64,000 nt of DNA from Rhina ancylostomus. Taxonomy: Eukaryota. The stretch lies in NCBI GenBank assembly GCA_030265395.1, contig JARFYF010000059.1:13611837-13675836 (forward strand). Reading direction: 5' to 3'. Below, one piece after another: positions 41,575 through 53,600 of this stretch. The position numbers were made by a program, and so were the translations under genes. Below the pieces are notes generated by a model. It saw nothing but the letters and a program-made list of their open reading frames with translations. It searched no databases and was not told the origin of the DNA. The number at the start of each line of letters is the position of its first letter. Within the stretch, counting starts at the first letter, position 1.

Positions 41575-43840
41575 CTGTTTTGTTTGGAAAAGGGGATGGG
41601 AAGAGGAAGGAAAAAAATGACAATCAGTCAAGCATTACCCACAGAGTAGGAAGATCCCCTACTTGCCCCCCTTCTAAACACTGGCAAAATAAGCATTTGA
41701 CTTTTAAATAGCAAATATATGGAAACAATAAAGAANNNNNNNNNNNNNNNNNNNNNNNNNNNNNNNNNNNNNNAACTGAATGCTTTCTTTCAATGCTTAT
41801 CCTTCACAGTAAACTGTCATTTCCTAATGCAGTTGATATTATACTAATTATTAAACTTATATTTCTTAATTCTCATGTATTAAAGTTAGGAGGAAGATTA
41901 ATGCAAAACCTGATTTACCAAAGTTTAATTAATTTGCTGCATAATTTACCTCAGTAAAAATAACAATACTCAGAAATGTATTTATTTTAAATTCTGGAAT
42001 TTCCATAATTCTACTCATAATCTTCATAATTATTTTATATTCAGATCATTTTTAATCACTTCCCATTCTAAATTTCTTCCATGCAAGATATTATAACAGT
42101 ATTATTTTTCCATTGACATTCTACAGATTCAGAAAACAGAAAAAACTGAGTAGCAAAGCCACTAAGCTATGCATAGAGTCAAGTTGACTTAATCAGCGAG
42201 GTATAGAACTGAGCTTACAATGTACTGTGGAATCATTTTTACACTGACCTTTCAGCAATGAAAAGAAGCAAGCTGATTCCAAATTACTGCCATCAGCTGA
42301 CACACAAAAAAAATACAAATTCCTAATCCATGAAAGACAGACAGGCAAAGAAGCTAACAGAGGTGCAAGACAGTGAGATTCTATTGGCTAAGTGCTGATT
42401 GAATTTTTAGCAGTGCTAATGACTACTGGAGTTAGTGGAAAGAAAGGGTTGACTGGGTTAGGAGAGGGGCTAAGATACGCATGGCAGGGCATACCAACCT
42501 TTTTAGACTGCAGTAAACACGACCTAAATCCCAATTAAATCTAGGGAGAGAAAAGTGTACAAACATTCCCAATTTGGTCCCCTCTTAAAGGGGTAATCCA
42601 ACTTCGGATAGTGCTAGTGCCGCATTGATTTGGGGATTGTATCAAGAAAACTGAACGCCCAAGAAAGATAAACTTCCATTGCCAGTGTTACGTATATTCG
42701 CCTCAAAGATAGCTCCCAAAGTTTAACAGTAACTCCCAAACCCCAAGACCTTTCTGAGATGCGGAGTGCGTTCAGATGGATGTATGACGGTAAATAGATG
42801 TATCCCAATTCCAGTCGACATTAAGCAACTATACCCGTTACTCCCAGAGCACAGTGCTTTCTTCTAGTAGTAGGTATATAATATCCATTTTCTAGCAGTC
42901 AGTTGCCATGTCTTAAAATATTTTCACATTTGATCTGAAAGTTAAAATGTAATGTATCCACTAACAGATTTCCCTTGTTTGATAGTCCACTGGTACAATA
43001 AGTAGAATCAAGAAGAGTATGAAACACAAACCAGGTAATCCAAACTGCCATACAACTACTTTAAGATGAATATAATCCCACGTTGAAGAGATAATGCCCT
43101 CCATTCCATTATGCAGGAAAATGAAATTCCAAAATGTTTGAAAGCTTCTACAATTTAATCGTTGGACCAGAAATATCCATAAGATCCAATTGGGGTGAAT
43201 CAAAATAAACAGTACAGATATGTAGACCCTTGTATATGATACGTTCTCAATTCTTCAGTTTTCCTTCAAATGAATTCATGTTGAAAATCATGAGCTGTAA
43301 TATCCTTCAAGGAAAGTAGTAGATCAAAGAGTACTATATCTTCATTGAAATAATTTCATATCCAAAGAACGTGCATCAACACCTTACACTTAAGCCAAAG
43401 CCAATATAATACTGCAGAAAGTCTTCAATGCACTTCAATATTGCCTCAAACAGTAGGTCTAGTAATTCCATAGTATTCCTCAGGTTGGTTGTACCAGGAT
43501 GCAATTTCATAGCCACTCAATCGAAGGGATACATCCAGAGGGAACGGCTTGCAATCCATGGAGAAAAGGGAAGCTTATTACGAGGGTTAACTCCATAGTA
43601 ACTGATAAAAACCTTCCATCAAACTAACCAAACTTATCCCAGGAGTAGTCATCCAGCCAGCTGCAGAATAGATCCACTGCGAAGAGGCCAGAGCTGCTAC
43701 TGGTTTCAATTCTCTTCCATATCCAACAACGACACGAATGTATAGATTTCCTCATTAAATCCATCTGGGGAACCTAAACATGAGTTGCTGCTTCTCACAC
43801 TATTTATCAAAACCCTGCCTAGAGAAACCTTGGAACTTAC

Positions 43841-44161
43841 CCATCAAGTCTCCGTTCATAACGTCCTTCCCGTCCATGTAGTGATGGTGGTGGTCCATAT
43901 GTTGGCCCCCCACCACCTCCCCTGAACCCTGAAACCTCTCTAGTACGAGTTCCTATAGGAACGGTATCATCTAATCCCCGAGCAGCACTTGGAATAGTGC
44001 CAGGCTCATTGTAATCCGTTCGAAGATCTCGGTCTCCCATTTTGTTGACAGAATTGTGTGCTTTCTGTGCACTTTTGATGTCCACAAAATCCACAAAGGC
44101 TGCCACGCCTCCTTCTGAGCCCCTTTTGGGAAGAATTTTGACACTTTCCACACGGCCATAT
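43841..44161 (-). CDS. SPEN: SPEN coding exon 2 (321 nt; rest of RRM1, YGRVESVKILPKRGSEGGVAAFVDFVDIKSAQKAH...RYERRLDG)
   Basis: ORF 43837..44220 matches SPEN RRM1. Acceptor tctctttctttcag, donor GG|GTAAGT, phase 2-2. Confidence 0.98.
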
Positions 44162-44310
44162 CTGAAAGAAAGAGAGAAAAAATAAATAAGCAAAATACAA
44201 ACTAGCCAGGACACGTTCAAATAAACATTTTATATAATATTGCAATATTCAAACAGTATTATTTTCAACTTTTGCTTTTAGTAACTAGAAAGAAATTTAA
44301 ATTCAACACT

Positions 44311-44650
44311 AGTGGCACAGTAGCACAGCAATTAGTGCTGCCACCTTACAGCTCCAGAGACCCGTTAATTGATCCTGATTTTGGGTGTTGTTTATATGGA
44401 GTTTGCATATGGTCCCTCAGTGTCATTCCCCTCCCTCCCCCACCCCACCACAACTCCCCCATTTAGCCCAGCCTGCACCCCCAGAAGTTTTCAGTTTCCT
44501 CCCACATAGTAAAGATGTGATGGTTGGCGGGAGAATAAGAGAGGGGAGATGATGGGGATGCCAAAGGAAAAAATGGAATTAATGCAGGGATTGATGGCTG
44601 GCGTGAATGCAGTGAGCTGCAGGGCATGTTCCTGTGCTGTATGATTCTAC
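44311..44650 (+). mobile_element. HE1-type V-SINE
   Basis: tggcacagtagcacagcaattagtgctgccaccttacagctccagagacccg...ggagtttgcat...tttcctcccacat...gggcatgttcctgtgctgtatgattcta. Confidence 0.82.
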
Positions 44651-47600
44651 AACTAACTTCATTTTCATGTTTTTAATATAAACTATACTGTTCAGCTGCC
44701 ATCAACTGTCTCTTTCAGAAAATATAGCCAACATTATGAAGAAAGTATATGTGATATGACAGGACCAGGAGTGGAGGTCTGGGGAAGAATTGGTTCTAAG
44801 TTACTCTTAATTTCCATTCTTGCATACATTCTATATCTGATCACCAGATTTCTGATCGTGGTACTGATGAATAGGTAATATTGTTAATTTGAGGACATGC
44901 ATATTTTCCGATTAAAACCATTATAAGATCCTAATTTACACTGTGTAAAGTAAACCTTGCAAATTAAAGTAACTGTTTGGATTCCTTTATACCGGATGCA
45001 GAAACTTGAAACACACTAACAGTGCTCAGGTGTCATTTCCAACATTCACTGATGTGCATCATTGAATTCATTGGTAGATAAGCATTCTTTCCCGGTTCCT
45101 TTTCCCACTTTCAGAAGCTGAGTCCCCAGTTCCTCCAACCTCCTATTAGTCTTACTCCATCAGTAATCTTATAGTCCCAAATAATTTTCATATTTCCATT
45201 CCTCAGTGAATTATCCACTAATGCTTTAGGATATGCATTCAACATCATGGTCATTAATTGCACTAATTAAATTCCAAAGGGACTAATGGATCTTGCTATA
45301 CTCTTTATTTAACCTAAATGGAGAAACATCAATGTGCTTGAATCTGCTGAGAAACATATATTCAAGTATTCCAACAATGTCATTTGCAAAATAAGATTTT
45401 CAATTTCCAGGTTAAAATTATACCATACCAAAAACAAAAATATTCATTAATGTCAAGCCAACTAAAATGCAATATACAATGCTCAACTGTTAATGCATTC
45501 TTGCAACAAACTAAGTTCTGTTCTGACATAGACATGAATACTACGAAAATAAGCAGAGTTCACGGCTTTCATTCCACTCACCCAAGCCCTATTTTTTTCT
45601 TATTTAATCCCTCATGTTCTATAGTATATTGTTGATACTTAGCTTGTACCTTAGGAAATGGATTATGGTCAACATTTTACTTTGCTAAAAAATTATGCAA
45701 AAATGAAGGTCACAATTTTGTTATCAATGAATGTGCTAACAGTAAAAAACAAAAAGTAATAAAACAGAATATACAACCTACTTTTTTTTAAAGCTTTTTT
45801 TTAATAAATGTAAAAGCTAATTGCCATCAGCTCTCTAATTACCTCTCCCCTACAACATCCCAATCTTGGCCCTGAATTTGTGTTTTGTAGGAAAGAATCT
45901 GCAGGATTATGGTGAGTGTGGGGAAGTGGACTACTCTTGCTCAGAGCCAGACTTGACATGAGGGGCCAAATGACCTCCCCCTATCCTGAAACAATTCTGC
46001 CATAAATACTTTGTCAGTTATTCTTTGATTGCATTCTGGTGTTTCATCAAAATAATCATTTTTCTTTCTTACAGTTGAGCTTAGTCTCATTTTCAATAGT
46101 CACACAAACTAAAAATATGGTTCTCTTACAGCCTGGTGATATAAAATTGCTAAATGTGCTACAGGTTGTGGGATAACTACAAAGTTTATTTTGGAATGCC
46201 TGTACTGGCTCCCTTGGCAACTCCTAATCACTAAACTAAAAGCAGTTGCATGCATTTCCAGGAGGTGTCATTATACAGTGATCAGAGAAAATAAATTTGC
46301 TCTTCAAACCCAGATGACAGGTTCATCGTGGCACCCCAAATGCTTTTCACATACCCTGGTCAAGACCTGCAATACTCAGTAAACAAAAAGATACTGGCAG
46401 TCCAGTGGGGGACGGGGTTAATACTGTGGATAAACGTGGGAGCTGTGTTTTATATTAGGGATAATTTTGCATTTTTATTGAATTATTTTGTTTCACCAAA
46501 TTTTATACTATTACAAGACATAATTATGGAATATTTTAAGCAATGTTGCATGGTTACTACTCGTGACTGTCCTGCCAAATAAGGATAACGTGGAAAATTC
46601 ACAAATTTTAATTAATCTGATCAATGTCTTTCCATCAGGTATTACGAAAACCGCAGGCAGTAAAATGCCATCTTTTCACAAACATTTCGGTGACTGCTGC
46701 TAGCAGACCTTTTTTTCATTTTAACCCACATTCAAATACGTGCTGTTTACAGGCTTGTGTGTACTTTGAGAAACCAAGGCCGTTTAAACAAACAACTGGA
46801 CTTTGAGCAAATCCCGAGAGCAGCTATTTATGTGCTTTCCCTCAGTGACGAGCTAAACTGGCCGCATGACACACCTTGTGGCTGCTTTCCAAGCTCTCCC
46901 GATTGCTGCAATCTCGCAGCCGACCAGCGGTGCAATGCTGTAAAATGGCGGGACATATCACAGGCATCAAACGGACACATATAATGGCGGGAGACGAAGG
47001 GGGAAAAAATGCTCAAAATTAGGTCATAGTAAATCAATAGCGCTAACGAAAAGTGATCGGTTATTTAGATACCGTTGGACTAATTTTCCCTAAAGCAATC
47101 TTTTTCATTTCAAGGACATCATTCCTTGTAGGATTTTCATTGGGCGCAGTCATCAAATAATCTACCTTTCAGAAATTGGGTGGATCTTTCAAGAATATCA
47201 CATGATCTGCTTGTATTGCAGTAAGATTTCAATGCAGTACGTTCTAATTTGTATTTGCCTCCTTACGTAAATATAAAAAATGTTTCCCCATTTCTGTAAG
47301 TAGAGAGGTGTTTCGATTTACTGCTTCAGTCACTTGTACAGAGATCTCCATGAAAGCGATTGTATTTGTTTTTAAATAATTCGTGATGCGATTAGAGTGA
47401 CGTTTATCAGTGGAATAAATTGCCTTGTTGCTTCTGGGCAAGTCTCTTGGGAGAAGTGAATGCCACACCGACATTTTTACACAATACATATTGTGCGAAG
47501 TTAGAAACTGCTCTGCTATTGCAGAAATCCTGCAGTTCAGACTGTTCTCGATTTCCACAAACGTTACTTCTAAAACTAAGTGCAATAATGAGTCTATTTT

Positions 47601-50600
47601 CGCAACAGCAACATTTGAAAGGAAACAATGTCCTAGTCGAAGTGCGATAAAATTATTTTTATGCTAACTCAAAGTTAACGTAAACTATCCGCACAGCCCA
47701 TCCAAACTGAATACTCATGTGGCGGGAACATTCAGCAGTAGAGCTAACGTTGCAGATGGAAAATTCTTCATCAGAACTGGGGGAAAAGAAAACAAGGACG
47801 AACTTGTTTTCTTTCCCAGTTTTGACGAAGGGTCTTCAAACCAAAACGTTAACTTGTTTCGCTTTCACAGATGTTGCCGGATCTAAAAAAGAGTGTTTTC
47901 AGCATTTTATGATTTTTCCCAGATTTCTAACATCTGCAGTTTTGATTTAATTTTTCACTTCCCTGGAGAAGGAGGATGATATCCAAAGGAAACCCGAAAA
48001 AGCCTCTCTACTGGTAGCAACTTGATCCTTTAATATGGACATGGGTGAAGTTATGTGCCGAGGACTACACTACTTCGAAACTATCACTTAGGAAAAAAAA
48101 TGCAGAATCGAAATTTAAGATTGACGAGAAATACCACCCTGGATTTTGCTGGATTACTCATCATTTAGATTTTGAGACAGGTCCTCACAGCGGGCAGCCA
48201 GGAATCTGCCGACCAGACTCGGGTTCCACAATCCCATAGATTTCACTAGAGTTAGTAGGATTGCGGGGAAGCAAAGAACTGTCTGTTCATTTATGTTTAA
48301 TGGTAGTTCGTCTAATATCTAACATTTACATTTAATTCTACTTCATTTTACTCGTTTTGAGTCGTAATACTGAACATTGAGAAACAATTTAAAACGTAGG
48401 ACATTGACAGTCGGCTTTGGCGTTTTGTGAACGGTACTTCTGATCCACCTTGGTTCTACCTGATCAAACCAAATCAGCTTTTATTCAAATAAGATAAATT
48501 CAGACGAGTGGAGATAGCGAGTAGCAGGGCCGTAGCAGTAACATCAAGGCCATTTCATGGCATTAGACCACTTAACACCCTGCGAAGAAGCACTCCCTAA
48601 TAGCACTGCTAGTTTAAAAGTTGTTGGAGGGTTTACACCATATATAAAAATGGCTCCAGCTACCCTGTCGGTAATGTTCCAGAGTGGTCATTAATATCAA
48701 ATGTAACGCTTAATTTCGAAAGCTCCAATGTATTAAAATAAACATCCAGAAATACATTTAGTGGCGGGAAAGATAATGGAACTTTTATTCAAAGATCCAA
48801 CAGAAAAACGTGTAGAAAATATAATAAAGAATAGTCAACATCTTGCCATGCAATATAGCTCTAAGCTAAATAGGAGAGACATACAAAAAGATATCCCAAA
48901 AATGAATGGCCAAGCCTGCTGAACTTGTAACAAAATAGAAAATGCCAGAAATGTTCATCAGGCCAGGAGGCATCTATGGAGAGAGAAAACAAAGACAACC
49001 TTTCAGATCAATGAGTCGTTATCTTTCTCCATTAATGCTGCCTCACATGCTGAGTGTTCACAGTGCTTTCTGTTTGAGATTTCCAGCATATGCAGTAGAT
49101 TTGATATACATGGGCTTTTGAAATGTCTTTGATAAGACACGACTAAGGTCAAAGCATGTAGAATCAGACTAACAACAAAACTGAAAGTAAATGTTAAAGG
49201 AAGTTAGTCGCGTTGTCAGAACATGGGAACTGGTGTCCCAAAAAAAAATCTTGTGCATTCTCTACAATGCTCTATCAATTTTCAAAAATGGGATGGCTGA
49301 ACCACACTTACTGCAATCATCCTGCCATGCAATATAGCTCTAAGCTAAATAGGAGTGACATGCAAAAAGATATCCCAAATTTAATGCCACCATGATGTTG
49401 CTTAAAATCTAACATCTCAGTATTGGCAGGCAGACCAGTTTTTGTTGATTATTTGTTATCCATGATAACTTAATTCATGTACATTTATTGTCAATTTTTC
49501 TCTGACATTACAACAGTGGCAACATTTAGTCAGTACAGATGTCATCACTGGCTGTTACACCTCAACATGCAATCTTAACATAGACCCTTCCTGCCATGAA
49601 AGGAGGATATGAATTAGTCGGATGCAACTTTCCAGTAACAAATCTATGTTGCCTGTCCTTTATTTCAGGCAATGCATCCCATGGATAATAATGGCATTGA
49701 AAGAAACAACACAACAATTTGCATTTATTCAGCATCTTTATTATGATAAAAATAACCAACAGTGTTCTAGCAGCAATATCAAGGTCTGACAACTAGCTAC
49801 TCAAAGGAGAAATTTGGAAAAATGACCACAGCTTTGACAAAATGAGATAAGAACACAAGGGCATTGAAAAAAACAAACCCTCAGGTCTACACTACCTTTC
49901 AATAGTATTGACGTTGATGTGATCTTGGTCTCACCTCCACTTTCCTGTCTGGTTTCTTTAACTGCTGATTCCACTAAATTCTAATATCTCTCTCAATCCT
50001 GAATATACTTAGTGATTCAGCCTCCACAGCGTAATCCAAAGATTCACAACCATCTCGTTATGTCCCATGTTCTGTATTCCACCCACTAGAGGAAATATCC
50101 TTTCAAATCATGACAACAGGTTGCATAAACTTGGATTGTATTTCATTAAATTCAGTAAGATACAGGGTGACCCAACTGAGTTGTCTAGAAGTTATAATTT
50201 AAAAGGGCAAAAACAGATAAACCTGAGCTACAGTACCTCTCCAATGTTTTACTTTATGCTTTACTGTTTTAAAATCATTCCCAGACAACATGCAATCTAT
50301 AAGCACCATAAAAACTTGAAGATTAAGACATGTCTAGTCAGCAGAAAACTTATTTGCATCTACTAAAACTGCCCAATACATAAAATACCAAACATCTGCT
50401 AGCAATATACTGCATTTTCCCCAGATTACAGGAAATTCTCTTATTTAATCCATGCCATGATTAACTATATAGATCCAATGGTCCAAATGCATTGCTGTTG
50501 TTTAAAACAACCATCTCTACTCTAGCCAGTATGAAACAAGTAAATCCACAATTACAAAGTACTATTATTTTTCTAAATGCACACTATATCCACACTTTGT

Positions 50601-53600
50601 GTGTCTACTTTCAATACTTCAAAAGTGGTTTCACATTTTTTTTTACACGTAAAATTGTCAGAAATTTAGCAAGCAGAAACAGTGCATTTACTCAACAAAC
50701 AAATCCAACATTGCAACTATATTGGAGACACAGGAGACTGCAAATGCTAGAATCTGGAGCAAAAAGCAAACTGCTGAAGGAACTCAGCGGGTCAAGTAGC
50801 AAAATGGACAGTTGTCATTTCAGGTCAAGACCCTTCATCTGGACTGGGAGAGGAGATAGCCAGTATAAAGAGGTGAGGGAAAGGGGTGGGGGCAAGAGTA
50901 ACACCACACTACAAGAATTACAACTACATTGTTCAAAATCCTATCAAACTAGCACTGTATTCAAAATTTCAAGTGTGCACATGCTCTACTGTATTGTTAA
51001 ATAACTCTGTTCCAGTTACAAACACCAAGTCTGATTTATCCAGGTAGAATTCTTAGCTACAATTGTTCTTCCCAGCTCAAAACTGATGATCATCTAACTT
51101 GATAAAGTAGCTTAATACTATGGAGGAAACAAATTAAAGGCCTGAAATCCTCAATGTTCAAGTCAACAACAAAAATTACAGTAAACTGCTTAATGTAGAT
51201 GATATATTTGTGGTGTTGTATTCAAGTAAAATATTCACAAACAGAACTTTAAAAGAAAATCAAGCTACATAAGTTGTAAACAATAGGCGTAGTTTGCGGA
51301 GTTTGTTGTCTGCTGAGATCTACCGAATGCTGAGAACTAACAGAATGTTATCATGTAAAGAACTTGCAGTTAGATGGTGCTATTTATCCCCTGGATGCTC
51401 TAAAGGTACTAGCATCAAGGAAGAGGTACAGAAGCCTAAAGACCCACACTCAACGATTCAGAAACAGCTTCTTCCCCTCTACCATCAGATTTTTGAACAG
51501 TCCATGAACACTACCTCATTATTCTTTTTTTTGCACTATTTTAGTAATTTTATGTCTTTGCACTGTACTGCTGCTGCAAAACAACAAATTCCATGTCATA
51601 TACATCAGTGATAATAAATCTGATTCAGGTCAGACTTTGACTTATCATAGCATTCACATACTGCTATGGTGTCAGCTCCTTCATTGTGGTGACGGCCCAA
51701 GTTTTTGCTTCAGGTTTCACAGTATGGCTTGAATCTACTGTAGGCGATTTGTACCAAGTCAAAGATGTCCAAGTCAATATTGATATAAAATGTTTAAAAA
51801 GGTCATTTTTTTAAAATTATTACTGATAGAGAGTTGTACACACTAATACATTTGCATTCAGGAGGAAGATCATTTCCCCTTGTATGTGAAACCAAAAGCT
51901 CTCACTCAGACACAGCAGCAGGAGCAGCTGGCACCTTTGTTGAACATTGTGCCAACAAAACTCAACTGGTGGGTTGGAGCCAGCAATTTTGGACAAAAAG
52001 TAATGACTCATTATTCATCTTTTAACTGCTAGCCATGCAATGTCAAAGCCAAACCTGTCATTCCACAATCCTGTGCATAATTTACTTCAATGTATCACAA
52101 AGAAATGTGCACGAGGNNNNNNNNNNNNNNNNNNACAGCAGGTGCCAAATTAATTTTAAAGATTGTTTAAAAGTAGTTAATGACTACTATCATCAATGGA
52201 AAATATTCAATTTGAATCTGACTCCAGCAGAGTGCTGTAACATAAATTAAATTAAGAAAATTCTCATTATGATGAAACTTCCACAAATTGTGCACAACTT
52301 ATTTATTGAATCTCAGTAAGGCTGGCATTTTTTATATATACAATGGGTGCAGGCGTCTTGGAGGTGGGAGAGGAGCAGCAACATCAACTGCATTCCTGAC
52401 GTAGTTTACATTAATTTTCTTCTGAAGTGATCCTGGGAAGAAGCCCAGTCCAACATGGAATGCAAATTTCAGTTTATGCATATCAAATTTCACAGATTTC
52501 TGGATGAATCTACCTTTTCCCATATTAGTAGGAACAACTATCCTTAATAACACGAATGGACAGGAAGACCAAGTTTAAGCTGTTGGCTCTTTCATTTGAT
52601 CAAAAAGGAAATAATTCAATCGATAGCTGTTTGGCAAAATAATCCTTTCTTATTAAAAAAAAATGGACTATAGGGTTTCGCTTATTATAAGGAAGTGTTG
52701 TTTTAAAATCACGGATGCAAACTAACCAAAATTAAACCTGATCATGTATTACAATTTATTGGTAACATTTCTCAGAGAATATTAAATCTCCTAAATCTAA
52801 ATAATAATTATTCCGATTAGACTGCTACTACAATTGAGTCTCAGTTAACTACGTTCATGAAAGTAGGCTTACTTTGGCAAAATAAAGTAGACCACAAGAA
52901 GACCACGCCCTCTTCATAGCCCAGACCAACTATTTAGACATACACAAAAATGACAACACGGCGTGGACAAGAAAATTTAAACAATTTGAAACATTAATGC
53001 CAAATCTTCCTTTTGCTGGATAAAGCATCCAGACTATCGTTGCTGACGTCGCCCACCTTGCTAACACTTTTTTTACTTATTTCCTAAATATACAAGGGCG
53101 CACGACGGAAGAAAAACTCATCGATCAACGCTATTTAACAGAGAAAAATTCACTTTGTGCTAATGGTTTCCTAACGATTCTCCACGCTGTTACAATATAG
53201 CGCAAACTGCAAATACAATAAAAACTAAAGACACCGAATATTAAATATTGTAACACAGTGAATTAGCAAGAGCGTTGTTTCACAATCTACAAATTTATTT
53301 GTATGTTTCCCCTGAAGTATAACACTGTTCCAGATCGTTTCTATCTGAAGCCTTTTGCACCCTCCCCCTTATGCGTTTCTCGCGTTCTCTGGTGGGGGAG
53401 GGGTGGGAACTGGCTTATTTGCATTTCAAACTGTTATACCAGAAATACAGCGCTCTTCTATAATTAAATATAAATATAGACACCAGATTCTGCAAACCGC
53501 AACTTATCTCAATTCTTATAACTGCTGTGATAATATAGAATACGTACTAAAATGTTTTAATTTTACAGATTTTTTGCTCAGCCAATCTGCTGGGAGAAAA

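Noticed and set aside
41086-41711. ORF-track ORFs 41086..41268, 41435..41623 and 41439..41711
   Set aside because: Antisense or off-frame shadows of SPEN exon 3, whose true frame is hidden by the TAA and the lack of a start codon.
42614-43203. Nested small proteins in intron 2 (64 aa and 80 aa hydrophobic ORFs)
   Set aside because: Non-ATG starts and no homology; U-rich sequence readily gives hydrophobic ORFs. The region is kept as a non-coding finding instead.
43837-43840. Immediate in-frame stop on read-through of the exon 1, 2 and 3 donors
   Set aside because: This follows automatically from phase-2 introns starting GTAA or GTAG, so it is not evidence of selection by itself.
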